Part shown: one piece after another, positions 48,750-59,212 of the stretch
How positions within the stretch are numbered: position 1 is the first letter of the stretch
How the letters are laid out: every line of letters starts with the position of its first letter
IMG/VR virus record: IMGVR_UViG_3300028827_000129
Location: 32,001 to 96,000 of that record
Direction: 5' to 3' (one strand)
From: a virus
Length of the DNA: 64,000 nt
Made by a program: the position numbers and the translations under genes
Notes under the pieces: generated by a model
The model's input: the letters and a program-made list of their open reading frames with translations, nothing else
What the model was told of the DNA's origin: nothing
Database searches by the model: none

Positions 48750-49325
48750 TTAGATGATCTCATGAATAATGCCGCGATTTAAAGCTTCCCATGCAGTGAA
48801 CCAAAATTCTTTGCCCGACTTAATATAACTTAATTCCTCGTTAGAAAAATAATCACCGAAAAAATCATGAAGCCGCGCTTCTGTATTTGTTCTCAAAATA
48901 TCTATACATGACGTATGATGACTGATTTGATCTTGCCCCAGCGAAGTAGAAGCCTCATGTAACATGAAAGTAGAATACTTATAAGCCTTACGTGTCTTAC
49001 CAAGCATAAGAATATAAAGCCCGGCAGATAAACAATTGCCGCTTGCAACAGTTGTAAAATTATCAATTTCTCCTACTAGACCCTCTAAGAGGTCTAGTGC
49101 TGCTAAATCACCACCTGATGTCGTAATGTTTAAAATAACTTCATCATCACTATGTGCATCTTGTAAGATCTTCGTAACGTCAAGTATATTCTTTCTGTTT
49201 ACCTCGCCGCTAAAGAAAACTTCGTACCTCGTTTTCAGCGGCGTAACCTTTCCGAAAACTTCCTCGCCCCCCGCTTCCTCGCGGGGGTCTTCATCTTCTT
49301 CCAACCTAATACGGGGTAAAGTCAT
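48750..49325 (-). CDS. ClpP-like serine protease
   Basis: NITTSGGD, CLSAG, FMLHE, WFTAWEAL..GII. Confidence 0.85.
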   Translation of the reverse strand: MTLPRIRLEEDEDPREEAGGEEVFGKVTPLKTRYEVFFSGEVNRKNILDVTKILQDAHSDDEVILNITTSGGDLAALDLLEGLVGEIDNFTTVASGNCLSAGLYILMLGKTRKAYKYSTFMLHEASTSLGQDQISHHTSCIDILRTNTEARLHDFFGDYFSNEELSYIKSGKEFWFTAWEALNRGIIHEII

Positions 49326-49357
49326 ATAAAAACCTCCTGCCTTATGGGATATGTTTT

Positions 49358-49366
49358 ATTATACCA
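49358..49366 (-). promoter_or_regulatory. Extended -10 promoter element
   Basis: TGGTATAAT ~35 nt upstream of the ClpP-like gene. Confidence 0.5.
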
Positions 49367-49480
49367 CAGCGCAGCGCCATAAACAAAGCCGCTGCGCTTT
49401 CTATATTGGCTATTACCACAAAAATTAGCATATCGTCTTTGGACGATATGTTTAGTAAGCAATAACCGTGCTAAAATTTT

Positions 49481-49633
49481 TTTTCGGCTTTTTCCGAAAA
49501 AAAACTTACACTATACGTTGACAAACGTAAAGGCGAGGAAAAGAACGGATAAAGCTTACGGTTAATATAAAACATGGTAATGTTCTTATATTTAAGCTTT
49601 AGACGTTCTTTGACGAGACTTTACGTTTATTAA
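49481..49633 (+). ncRNA. Promoter-like motif plus ~115-nt rod-like hairpin (copy B)
   Basis: TTCGGC-N18-TACACT, then AAACGTAAAG/CTTTACGTTT, AAAGAACG/CGTTCTTT, TAAAGCTTA/TAAGCTTTA. Confidence 0.55.
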
Positions 49634-49650
49634 AAATAATAAAACCATAA

Positions 49651-49931
49651 ATATCTCTCCCTTAAGGGGAGAGATATAAAACATAACCGTAAATATATAT
49701 ATAAAGCATAAATATATATATAAAACACACATAGGGATACGTTACTTAATATACCTTTAAGGTATATTAAGTAACGTATCCCGTATATAAAACATAAAAC
49801 ATAAAGGCCATAAGATATTCTTTAGAATATCTTATGGCCGTACCTAGGATATAAGATACTCTTTAATAGAGTATCTTATATCCGTAAAACATAAAAAACA
49901 TAGTAATAGAAAGTCGTCTTAAAAAGACGAC
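49651..49931. repeat. Array of long palindromes (candidate replication origin)
   Basis: Inverted repeats at 49651-49677, 49734-49782, 49806-49839, 49847-49883, 49913-49931. Confidence 0.8.
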
Positions 49932-49943
49932 GATAAAAAGAGA

Positions 49944-49970
49944 AAAAAATAAGGCCCCCTGCCGGGGGCC
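49944..49970 (-). terminator. Rho-independent terminator
   Basis: GGCCCCC hairpin followed by U-rich tail on the minus strand. Confidence 0.65.
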
Positions 49971-50007
49971 ATGTAATTTTTCGTGGTAAACGGTAATATA
50001 AAGAACT

Positions 50008-50310
50008 TTAGTTCTTAACGGGCTTTTCATCGTCCCGCGCCGCGCTTTCTGATTTTACCTTCTCTACCATCTTGTCGATGACTTCTCTGATCTCACCTTC
50101 ATTAACGATTCCCTTGTTAACCAGTAACTGGGCTAAACCCTCGATCATAATGGCACAAGAGAGGAAGGTATGATTGTTTGTTTCTAGAATTGCTTTGTGT
50201 AGATCCTTGCCAAAGTCAGAGAGAATTGAATAGATCTCTCTTGTGATTCTTTGTAGGTCTTCTTGAGTGGGTGCTGTGTGAGAATTATTATCTTTTACTT
50301 GTTCCGCCAT
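50008..50310 (-). CDS. Hypothetical protein
   Basis: 100 aa, GGAGG RBS. Confidence 0.65.
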   Translation of the reverse strand: MAEQVKDNNSHTAPTQEDLQRITREIYSILSDFGKDLHKAILETNNHTFLSCAIMIEGLAQLLVNKGIVNEGEIREVIDKMVEKVKSESAARDDEKPVKN

Positions 50311-50525
50311 TTGATCCTCCTGCTTGACTTGAAGCTTTTAATGCCTTCTTTGATGTGAGCTACTTTTATGAGCCCCATAAACGATTTGTCATCACACGTC
50401 TTTTCTAGCTGAGCTAGAAAGTTTTCATATTCCATCAAAAGATTTTTAAGTTTACTGTATGAGTTAGCCATAAGTACCTCCTTGAATGTATTTGGTCTAG
50501 CAATATAGTATAGCCATTGATTTTC

Positions 50526-50555
50526 TTGGATTTTAACGTTGTGGTATGGTATAAT
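50526..50555 (+). promoter_or_regulatory. Sigma70-like promoter
   Basis: TTGGAT-N18-TATAAT with extended TG. Confidence 0.5.
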
Positions 50556-50596
50556 ACAAGTAGGAAGTAATATTTTTGCCATGCGGAGGTAGGCAT

Positions 50597-51088
50597 ATGA
50601 AAGACATCGATGCATATTATGACGATATGATCGAAGACGACTCTGTCGACTACAGAGTCGAGCTCAGAAAAGACAAGAACATAAGCGTTAAAACAATCAC
50701 CGGAACAACATTCAATAACTCATGTAAACGCCAAATCGACGGAGTGTGTAAGAATCATAAGCAAATTCCAATGCGCATAAACGATAAAATCGTGCATATA
50801 GACCAAGGAATAGCCAATATCGTATACGCCATGAATAACATCGACGGCATTACTACCAAGTATAGTTGCGAAGGAGATGATGCAGCTGGACAAAAGCCCT
50901 ACATTCTGTTTTCTGCGAAGTCTATAAACGCCATCAAAACCGTATGTAATCTATTTCGAGACAATGCACAAGAGGTAGATATAGTTTTAGAATGCCTTAG
51001 AGCCTCACAGAGCAGTTTTTCTAAAGAACTTGACCTAGCGGTCATATTTCATAAGAAATCGTCTCTACGGGGCTCTAAGATGCCTTAG
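50597..51088 (+). CDS. Hypothetical protein
   Basis: Start MKDID after GGAGG; ID.GI...GITTKYSCEG...PYILF. Confidence 0.65.
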   Translation: MKDIDAYYDDMIEDDSVDYRVELRKDKNISVKTITGTTFNNSCKRQIDGVCKNHKQIPMRINDKIVHIDQGIANIVYAMNNIDGITTKYSCEGDDAAGQKPYILFSAKSINAIKTVCNLFRDNAQEVDIVLECLRASQSSFSKELDLAVIFHKKSSLRGSKMP

Positions 51089-51263
51089 AATCGAAAATGG
51101 AGGTACATGGACATGGTAAATTCTTATAGCTGCCCTAAATGTGGAAAAGAAGACATTGTACATCTATGGTTTCTGGACCAACAAGGAGAAGTTTGGCTAC
51201 AATGTTCTGTCTGCGAGCACGTGTGGTATCTTATTCAGAAAAATTGTTGATATAATATAAAGC

Positions 51264-52091
51264 ATGAGCAACGAAAAACCAAACAAGAAACAAATCGAAG
51301 ATTTGTTGGGCGAAGACATGAAAGATGTAAAGTTTTATAGTCCTGAAGGTTATGGCAGAGCAAAGAAGGCGCTTGTAACGCTTAGTGGGCTAGCTTTGAC
51401 TCAAGATGGAAAGCTAACAAAGCACGATTGGTTTGACTTTCTTGATGTTAAGCTAGACAATTATGACGATATCATTTTGTCAGCTGATGATGCTAGACGA
51501 TTACAACATTATTTCAAGAAGTTGTCTACCGGCACTGTTTCTACGATACCCATGTATTGCGGAGGAGAAAAACATTGCCCACAAGCTGACTTTTGTGAGT
51601 TTGTAAAGTTAGGTAAAATACCTTTGGGTAGAAGATGTTTAGTGGAAGTTGAGTTAGTTGATTTTTGGACCAAACGGTATCTTGAAGAATATGATGTCGA
51701 TGTAAATGACCAGACGGATGTTTATATGATTGGTGAGCTAGCTGAGCTTAATGTCTTAGAAATGCGGATTAATAACATTTTAGCCAAATTTGAAAACTCA
51801 GAATTATCTGAAGTTACAATAGCTGGTCAGGACCAAGATGGCAGACCGATAGAAACGGTAAAAATTAGCCGTTTTTGGGAAATTAAAGAGTCGATTAAAA
51901 ACCGCAGACTTAAAATACTTGAGGCATTAGTAGGAACAAGAAAAGATAAGTATAAGAGGGATGCTGCACTAAAGCGGATGGACAGTAGTGATGGAAAGAC
52001 TTCGCTTGCAGAATTAAAACGTACTATCGATGAATATTTAAAGCAGCAAGAAATTGTAATAGACCAAGCAGAAGATATTACAAGGAAGTAA
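51264..52091 (+). CDS. Putative terminase small subunit
   Basis: Helical protein with Cys cluster heading the packaging module; positional inference. Confidence 0.4.
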   Translation: MSNEKPNKKQIEDLLGEDMKDVKFYSPEGYGRAKKALVTLSGLALTQDGKLTKHDWFDFLDVKLDNYDDIILSADDARRLQHYFKKLSTGTVSTIPMYCGGEKHCPQADFCEFVKLGKIPLGRRCLVEVELVDFWTKRYLEEYDVDVNDQTDVYMIGELAELNVLEMRINNILAKFENSELSEVTIAGQDQDGRPIETVKISRFWEIKESIKNRRLKILEALVGTRKDKYKRDAALKRMDSSDGKTSLAELKRTIDEYLKQQEIVIDQAEDITRK

Positions 52092-52092
52092 A

Positions 52093-55000
52093 ATGTTACA
52101 TAGTAATAATTTTTTTAGGAATGCTTGGTTTCTTGATTTTGAGACGACTGGTCTTAACCCATCCCAGCATTATATCTGGGAAGTTGGTTATGCCAGATTC
52201 AGTGATTTAGTTTCTCCTAAAGGTAAATATAGACATTTCTTCATTAAGCCCCCGGGTGAATACAACACGGGGGCTCAAGAATTTTTAGCACATTATCGAT
52301 CTATCACTTCCCCAAAAGTTCTTGATCTTTTTGGCGTCAGAGGCTCTGAGAAGCCGTTTGTCGAGCATACACGACATCTCTTATCGAAACTATCTCAAGA
52401 CGAAAGAGAACGCCTTGGATTGCATGAGAGACGTCCGTGGCAGGAAGAAATTTCATTTATTAAAGAAAGACAGAAAGGCCGCGTTACTGGGTTTGCTGCT
52501 TTAGAGCATGCTTTAAGAGGACAGAAAGGTGCTAGTCATGTTAGGTCGTTAGAAGAGTTTTGGAATAGATTTTTTATAGAAGTCCCAATGAGAGGGTCAG
52601 ATGTCTGGGTTCAAAACTTATACTTTGAATCTAGCTTTGCTGCACAACATATCCCGAATAATTTATGGACTCAACATAAGCGTTCAATAGAGCGGTTTGA
52701 CCCAATAAGCCGTCGATTTCAACAACCTCTAGAGTTATTACAGGCAAGATCAAAAGCTTTTACTGCAGGCGATCAAATTTCCGCATGGGCTGATTATTAC
52801 AAGACATTAAGAGATGTTGTAGCAGCCGGGCCACAGAAGGGACAAATGCGGTTTTTTGACCTTATGGACCTTAGCCGCAGCATGGTAGCTCTTGCTAAGC
52901 AAAGAGGATATATAAATCCTAATCAGGGTATAGGTCTTTCAGTTGAGAGCTTCTTAAGGGCTGCTACTGCATCTGGAGATAAGCAATTTGAGTCTTTTAG
53001 GGGGAAGCTTGATGAGATTTTATCATTGGGCTATGGTGATTTAGAGAAGCATAGAGCCGTAAGTGACATTAGAGTCGAAGCGTTAATGGCCCAAAGATAT
53101 CAGCGCATAGCTGAAGCTTTATACCAAGGCCATGCTTTATCTGAAGAAGACGCCGCATTGTTAAATGCTTTACAAGATAAAAAGTTACATAGAGACATAC
53201 ACATAGAAAGGTTCAAGAATACAATTAGTGAAGCATATGAAATTGCTAAGAGTCCAGCTGGATATAAGCTGCTTGTTGGTAAGTATCCAGACTTATTCCC
53301 CGAATTTGGTACATTCAGGCCTGTTGTTGAGAAAACAAGGCCAAGTTTACGTGGACAAACATTAGAGTTGGAGCAATTTAATTACAGCTATTTTCATTCA
53401 GAGGTTGCTACAGAAAAAGATTTAAAGTCTATTTTGAAGTATCATATTCATGAGCTTAAACAGTATGTCGATATCGGAAACGAAGAATTACGGGATATTA
53501 TTAAGAAAGCTATTCCAAGAGACGTTGATGTCTCTGGCATTGTAGAAAAGCCTTCATTTGCAGAGAGCGCAGCTGGTGGACTTAAAAGATTTATTCGAGC
53601 ATCGGCAAGAGACTTGAAGGGCATTAGGTATGGTAATTTACTCGGAGTGCCGCTTGGACTTCTTGCTGTTGCATATGGCGTGCGTTCATATATGATGAAA
53701 AATGAAGATGACTTTGAAGCTATTGTATCAGACGCGCAAATTTCTAGCGATGATGAGGATTATATCCAGGTAGAAGCATTAAGTCACAAGGGCCTATCTC
53801 ATATCTCCAGAAGACAGTTGACTGATTTTGGGAGTGGCTGGCAAGGATTGCCAAAGAAGATTTTCCATGGTGCTCATGTTGGGATTTTAGAAAAAGAATT
53901 CAAAGGCTTATTAGCTAGAACAACAAAGCATATTCATGAAGGTGTTGCTGAAAGAATTTATGGCGTTTGGTTTACATCAAGCTTTAAGGAAGCAGAGGAG
54001 ATAGCTCAATTAAGAGCAGCAGCAAGAGGTACAGAGCCAGCAATCTTTGAAATTGATACAGAAGTCTTGCAGAAATATCATGTGCCTTTCCAGTCGTTTA
54101 AGGCTGAAGATGATATTATGCATTATGCTGTACAAAGAGATATCCCTATATCATTTTTGAAGATGCATAAATTAAAGACGCGCAGCCTTGAGAAAGAAGA
54201 GAAGGTTTTTGAGCTTGATATTGATGATGTATTAAAAGATTCAAAAATATCAGCCAAAGATGATGATTACAATACTATCGAATCCCTAAAACATGAAGGC
54301 GTAGCCGGAAAAAAGCGTAAAAAGAATACTGATTTCGGTAGTGGATATAGAGGTTTGCTTAGTGCACATAATTGGGAAGGCAGAAATATAGCAGAAGAGA
54401 TATTGGATTTTAGAAATGAATATATTCTTGACAAGCGCAATAGAGATGATTTGCGAGGTAGATTGCACCAAGAGCAGATTAAGGCATTAGCGAGACTTGG
54501 GCGATTCAAAGGGAAAGAAGTGCATTTAGCGACCGATCTGCCTGAATTTATTCATACAAACAAGAAGTTATATTATGTAAACACTGATGATTTTAAAGTA
54601 ACTATTGAAGACGCAGACACGTTGATTCTTAAAAGACGAGGGCTTTTAAATATATTCGACAAGCCAATCTATATCCGCGTTGCTGGCCTTGACGCCCCTG
54701 AAACTGAAGCCCACGATTTAGATCCACTATCTTTTGTTAGATGGCACCAGTCACAACCTATGGGCGAAGAGACGACAGAATTATCTAGAGATGTATACAA
54801 AAATTTGTCTCGCATCTATTTCAATCCTAGCAGACTGACATATGGTAGATATGTTGGAGTCTTAACGGACGATGAAGGAACTAATTTAAACATAAAGGCC
54901 CTAGAGGCAGGCTTGGGTACAGAGCTTTATTGGAGCAGAGATAGTTTATTTAATAAATCAGATCTTAAAAATGCGGAAGATTTTGCGAAGATAAGAGGCA

Positions 55001-55323
55001 ATGGGTTATGGCAAAGTACATATTGGCTTGCAGAAGATTATATTAATCATAACATTACGCATAACACATTGACTAGGATAGACAAGCTTGCTGAGGATGC
55101 AAACTATGCCGAGCTTGAAACTTTGCTTTATGACATAGAGAATCGTGGTAAAATCACAAAGGAAGATAGGGCTAAATTACGTATTTTGAGTGATAGTATT
55201 GTTGCAGATAAGGCATATAGGAAACGTTCGATGTCTTATTATGCTTATAAAAAATATTATTCTGGGCATGTAGGGACTGTCCAGGGGCTGCACGATAGGA
55301 AAATAAGCCACACAAAGTATTAA
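52093..55323 (+). CDS. Multidomain protein: DEDD exonuclease-like, ART-like and thermonuclease (SNase) domains
   Basis: FLDFETTGL...H.A.SD; IFHG...GVWFTS...A...AIFEID; EDADTL, IRVAGLDAPET, YGRYVG. Confidence 0.7.
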   Translation: MLHSNNFFRNAWFLDFETTGLNPSQHYIWEVGYARFSDLVSPKGKYRHFFIKPPGEYNTGAQEFLAHYRSITSPKVLDLFGVRGSEKPFVEHTRHLLSKLSQDERERLGLHERRPWQEEISFIKERQKGRVTGFAALEHALRGQKGASHVRSLEEFWNRFFIEVPMRGSDVWVQNLYFESSFAAQHIPNNLWTQHKRSIERFDPISRRFQQPLELLQARSKAFTAGDQISAWADYYKTLRDVVAAGPQKGQMRFFDLMDLSRSMVALAKQRGYINPNQGIGLSVESFLRAATASGDKQFESFRGKLDEILSLGYGDLEKHRAVSDIRVEALMAQRYQRIAEALYQGHALSEEDAALLNALQDKKLHRDIHIERFKNTISEAYEIAKSPAGYKLLVGKYPDLFPEFGTFRPVVEKTRPSLRGQTLELEQFNYSYFHSEVATEKDLKSILKYHIHELKQYVDIGNEELRDIIKKAIPRDVDVSGIVEKPSFAESAAGGLKRFIRASARDLKGIRYGNLLGVPLGLLAVAYGVRSYMMKNEDDFEAIVSDAQISSDDEDYIQVEALSHKGLSHISRRQLTDFGSGWQGLPKKIFHGAHVGILEKEFKGLLARTTKHIHEGVAERIYGVWFTSSFKEAEEIAQLRAAARGTEPAIFEIDTEVLQKYHVPFQSFKAEDDIMHYAVQRDIPISFLKMHKLKTRSLEKEEKVFELDIDDVLKDSKISAKDDDYNTIESLKHEGVAGKKRKKNTDFGSGYRGLLSAHNWEGRNIAEEILDFRNEYILDKRNRDDLRGRLHQEQIKALARLGRFKGKEVHLATDLPEFIHTNKKLYYVNTDDFKVTIEDADTLILKRRGLLNIFDKPIYIRVAGLDAPETEAHDLDPLSFVRWHQSQPMGEETTELSRDVYKNLSRIYFNPSRLTYGRYVGVLTDDEGTNLNIKALEAGLGTELYWSRDSLFNKSDLKNAEDFAKIRGNGLWQSTYWLAEDYINHNITHNTLTRIDKLAEDANYAELETLLYDIENRGKITKEDRAKLRILSDSIVADKAYRKRSMSYYAYKKYYSGHVGTVQGLHDRKISHTKY

Positions 55324-55342
55324 ATTTATATTATATTACAGC

Positions 55343-55933
55343 ATGAGACAGAATCAAATATATAAATTCGCTAGACGGGCTCAAAGGTCAGTTCAACGTT
55401 TTGGTTCTAGGGTTGCTAGAGATTCAGAGCGTTTTGTTGTTGGTAACCCGATCAAGAGGGGGCTGACTTGGGGCGCATTTACGTTTGGGATTGAAGCCCC
55501 TTTTATGAAGAGCCCATTTATGAAAGCAGCTATATTGGGCGGAGGGATATTGACAGCTAATCAAGTTCTTAACAGCGAAAGGGGCGTAATTGTAGAATCT
55601 GCAGATATTATGTTTTCAGGCTTTGGTGCAGGTTTTGGATCGTCTGCTTTTGCAATGCTTGGCGGTGCTGTTATGCCTGGATTAGGTCATGTGATTGGGT
55701 GGGCGGCAGGAGCTTTAATTGGTGGCGGTTTAGGATCAGAAGTTGTTGATGAGATCCATAGAGCTGCTATAAAGGGTCATTCGTTAGCAGTGCCTACCTT
55801 TAGAGGTGGTAATAAATTTATAGATTCTGAAATGACGTATACAATGAGACAGAGGGCAGTTGCTGCTATTCAAAAATCACATATGAATGCTAGGTTTATG
55901 TTAGGCAATGAAGCAAGAATTATGCATGTTTAA
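55343..55933 (+). CDS. Gly-rich hydrophobic protein (possible ejected virion protein)
   Basis: Glycine-zipper segments; TMRQRA...GNEA tail. Confidence 0.55.
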   Translation: MRQNQIYKFARRAQRSVQRFGSRVARDSERFVVGNPIKRGLTWGAFTFGIEAPFMKSPFMKAAILGGGILTANQVLNSERGVIVESADIMFSGFGAGFGSSAFAMLGGAVMPGLGHVIGWAAGALIGGGLGSEVVDEIHRAAIKGHSLAVPTFRGGNKFIDSEMTYTMRQRAVAAIQKSHMNARFMLGNEARIMHV

Positions 55934-55945
55934 GGGGAATATAAC

Positions 55946-56530
55946 ATGGCTAATATAAGGTCTAATGAAGGGTTTAATAGCTGGGATGCAATAAGACTTG
56001 GTACCGGGCTTATGTTAGGCGGATGGGGTATCCGCATAGCGTCTAAAGCGATGTCTCGCTTTGTTGGAGATACTCTTTTCGGTACTTTAAAAGGTGCTGG
56101 TAGTTATGCTATGAGAAAGGGGACAAAGCTTGCTGGTAGGTCTTATGAGTTCTCTAAGAATGCAGCGACTTCTGCATATTCTGGGTTTCTTTCTGGCTAT
56201 AGAGGTGAGGCTGGTGTAGGTACAGCTTTTATGGCAGGTAGTCGCGCAAGGGCTTTAAGTGCTGCAGCAAGGAGGAGCGCTTCTGCTTTTTCTTATGGTT
56301 TTTCTGGACGTGGGCCAATGTCTGCTTTTGGCGGCACTAAATATACCCGCGCTGCTGCTAGTCTTGGCAATTATTTTGGCGGTGGTGCGGCTGGCCTGGG
56401 AGCTTCTAAAACTTTATATAGCAGATTGCAGCCTCATCTTGGTGATATTTCTCAAAGGGCTTTTACTAGAGCTATGAGGGTTGGAGGAGCATCTCTAGGC
56501 GCTTATATGCTAAACCCGTTTAGTGATTGA
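55946..56530 (+). CDS. Gly/Ala-rich basic protein (possible virion protein)
   Basis: Composition and position. Confidence 0.55.
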   Translation: MANIRSNEGFNSWDAIRLGTGLMLGGWGIRIASKAMSRFVGDTLFGTLKGAGSYAMRKGTKLAGRSYEFSKNAATSAYSGFLSGYRGEAGVGTAFMAGSRARALSAAARRSASAFSYGFSGRGPMSAFGGTKYTRAAASLGNYFGGGAAGLGASKTLYSRLQPHLGDISQRAFTRAMRVGGASLGAYMLNPFSD

Positions 56531-56538
56531 GGCAATTT

Positions 56539-58425
56539 ATGGCAGACAATGATTCTCAACGCTATGTAAAGAATGGTCCAAACTTCGACAATCCTATCTG
56601 TCAGGAATGTCTTAAAGAAGAGAGGAACCATTATGTAAAATGCAGAGGGATTATAGACCCGGAGAAGTTTATACCTCCGGGTCTTGCTACTTCACTTGAT
56701 GAGGATCAATTGCTTGAGTTAAAGGCAGCTTATGACCCTGTTACTTGGGCCAATTTATATCTTGGCTGGTCTCCAAGGTCTAGTAGGGAGTATCATTTTT
56801 ACGATAGAGATTCAAATATACCAGATATACATATAGAGGCGGGGATTGAGTATCAAAAGACAATGTTAAACTGTTCTGCCTACAGGACTATGTATCGCGT
56901 CGGTAGGCGTGCAGGTAAAACAGATGCTTTATGCGTGTTTACTCTATATAAGCTTGTAACAAATAGTGATTATAAGGTCTTGTTTATTGCCCCGCAAAAA
57001 TCTCATGTAGATAACTTTTTCGAGAGATTTGATAAGTTAATAGAAAGTAGTGATAGAATTTCTGCTGATGTTGTCAGAAATGTATCGTCGCCACATAAGA
57101 GGATAGAGTTTAGTAACGGCAGTCGTATTGTAGGCTTTACGTCTGGGTCTTCTTCTGGCTCGCAAGCCACCAATGTTCGAGGGCAGTCAGCTGATTTAAT
57201 TGTTATAGACGAGTGGGATTATCTTAATCCTGAAGACATGAAAGCTATCCGGGCTATTTTGATGACAACCCCGGATACTATTTTAAAAGGGGCGTCTACC
57301 CCTTCTGGGCGTAGAGATCTTTTCTATGTTGAGTGCAACACGATTGGCCACAAAGAATTTCATTATCCATCACAGGTTTTACCATTCTGGAATGATGACA
57401 TGGAGCGCGAAATGCGCTCTATGTATACGGCAAATGAATATAGACAAGAGATTCTTGCCGAATGGGGCTTTGATAATGTTGGTGTCTTCCAGAAAGAACA
57501 TGTAGATAAATGTCTTTTAGATTATTCATATGAAGATATAAAGCCTGAGTCAAAGTTTTTATATGGAATAGGCGTTGACTGGAATGACGATAAAATAGGG
57601 ACGCAAATTTATGTAATAGGTTATAGTACTGAAGATTGTTTATTTTATGGAGCTGCTAAATATAATGTTGCTAAAGCTGGATGGACCCAAGCTTTAGCCA
57701 TAAAGAAAATTATAGAACTAAACAGAATATGGAATCCAGTTTTTATTTACGTAGACGAAGGATATGGAGCGACGCAGATTCAATTATTACGGCAATATTC
57801 TTATGAAAAGATAGGTAAAGTTTCGCCTAGCGATCCAGATGTCAAGTTAAAGGATATAGTAAAGGGCATCAATTTTTCGTCTAAGGTAGATGTTAGAGAT
57901 CCTATTACAAGGCAGCCTGACAGAAAAGATATGAAGCAATTTTTAGTTCAGAATGCTGTTAGGCGGGTAGAAGATGCTACTGTCAGAATACCATCGACTG
58001 ACAAGGAGTTAATTGGACAATTACTTAATTATATTATTTTAAGGCGTAGCGCTACTGGCAAGCCTATTTATAGCCCGAATAGTACTAAGATAGGCGACCA
58101 TTTATTAGATGCATTTATGCTTGCTTTACTTGGGTTTACTTTAGAATATGGAGACCTTATTAAAACCAAGGCCGTGTCTACTGTCAGCTTTGTGAATACT
58201 GGTGATAGCACTAGAGAAGATTTAATCCAAAAAAGATATCCAGAAGAAAGATCGGTTGATAGAACCAATTATTTTGCTATTGGAAGAACAGGGACTGGCA
58301 AAGTAACAAGGGATAATATTTGGAAATGGCCAGGGTTTTTGAGAGATGAACCATTACCTAGACCTAACAGAATGTTTCTTGGTCGTGGTAGACGCAACCA
58401 TATAAATAGAAGGAGCGTTTGGTAA
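56539..58425 (+). CDS. terL: Terminase large subunit
   Basis: GRRAGKT Walker A, IVIDE Walker B, ASTP, GIGVDWN, DHLLDA; ATG at 56539. Confidence 0.92.
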   Translation: MADNDSQRYVKNGPNFDNPICQECLKEERNHYVKCRGIIDPEKFIPPGLATSLDEDQLLELKAAYDPVTWANLYLGWSPRSSREYHFYDRDSNIPDIHIEAGIEYQKTMLNCSAYRTMYRVGRRAGKTDALCVFTLYKLVTNSDYKVLFIAPQKSHVDNFFERFDKLIESSDRISADVVRNVSSPHKRIEFSNGSRIVGFTSGSSSGSQATNVRGQSADLIVIDEWDYLNPEDMKAIRAILMTTPDTILKGASTPSGRRDLFYVECNTIGHKEFHYPSQVLPFWNDDMEREMRSMYTANEYRQEILAEWGFDNVGVFQKEHVDKCLLDYSYEDIKPESKFLYGIGVDWNDDKIGTQIYVIGYSTEDCLFYGAAKYNVAKAGWTQALAIKKIIELNRIWNPVFIYVDEGYGATQIQLLRQYSYEKIGKVSPSDPDVKLKDIVKGINFSSKVDVRDPITRQPDRKDMKQFLVQNAVRRVEDATVRIPSTDKELIGQLLNYIILRRSATGKPIYSPNSTKIGDHLLDAFMLALLGFTLEYGDLIKTKAVSTVSFVNTGDSTREDLIQKRYPEERSVDRTNYFAIGRTGTGKVTRDNIWKWPGFLRDEPLPRPNRMFLGRGRRNHINRRSVW

Positions 58426-58841
58426 TGCTTGGTTTATATGAAAAATCGACAGCAAGTGGGGATTATATTCCGTTTTCATTTAATGATGACATTTCTAACG
58501 TAATTAAAGAATCTTTTAATAGTTCTACTGGAGCAATAAAAGAGCGCCAGTTTTTTATCAGAAATGACGACGCTAACGTTTCTTACTCGTCAATTACTCT
58601 AACTCCACTTCCGAATGAATTAGTTAATGTAAGTGCTGATATAAATATCAAGTTGAAATTAGGTGATATGCGCCCTAGCCAAGATGAATGGTCTAATGTG
58701 GTAGCTGGTGCCTCATTGTCTATTCCTGATATTTCAGACACGCTTTATCATAGTTTTTGGGTTAGGATCGAAGTGAGGCAAAATGCAGCTATTAGAGTCG
58801 AAGATGATATATATTTTGAATTGAGGGCAATAGAGGCATGA
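58419..58841 (+). CDS. Beta-rich putative virion protein
   Basis: 140 aa, FWVRIEV; in head module. Confidence 0.55.
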   Translation: MVMLGLYEKSTASGDYIPFSFNDDISNVIKESFNSSTGAIKERQFFIRNDDANVSYSSITLTPLPNELVNVSADINIKLKLGDMRPSQDEWSNVVAGASLSIPDISDTLYHSFWVRIEVRQNAAIRVEDDIYFELRAIEA

Positions 58842-59212
58842 ATAAGAGTCTCTTTGGTAAAAAGAATGTTACATGGCAAGATCCATATGTAGCTCCGTCT
58901 TTATATAGAAGCAAAAGTAAGAAAAAAGCTGCTGAACCTGTAACACCTGATGATGTTAAGAGTAAGGTGGAAGAAGCTATTCGTCAAACTCAAGAAAATA
59001 TAAAGATTATAGATTCGAGAGGCTCTGGTATATTTTATGAGTTTTCTTATGATAAAAACCCTGAAGTTGCTGATGCAGTTGATATGCTTTTTGATGGGGC
59101 TAAAAATATTATTTCATACGAAATGTATAAGACTGCACTTGGTTATGCGATAAAAATTTTAAAGAATAAGGTTTCCGATTCTAGTACAGTTGGGGATATT
59201 GTTGATTGGTAG
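58838..59212 (+). CDS. Hypothetical protein
   Basis: 124 aa, ATGA overlap. Confidence 0.6.
   Translation: MNKSLFGKKNVTWQDPYVAPSLYRSKSKKKAAEPVTPDDVKSKVEEAIRQTQENIKIIDSRGSGIFYEFSYDKNPEVADAVDMLFDGAKNIISYEMYKTALGYAIKILKNKVSDSSTVGDIVDW

Noticed and set aside
49734-49782. Protelomerase (tel) site
   Set aside because: One of several palindromes, with an unpaired centre and no protelomerase gene visible
56539-58425. Intein or intron in terminase
   Set aside because: Normal length, no splice motifs or homing endonuclease
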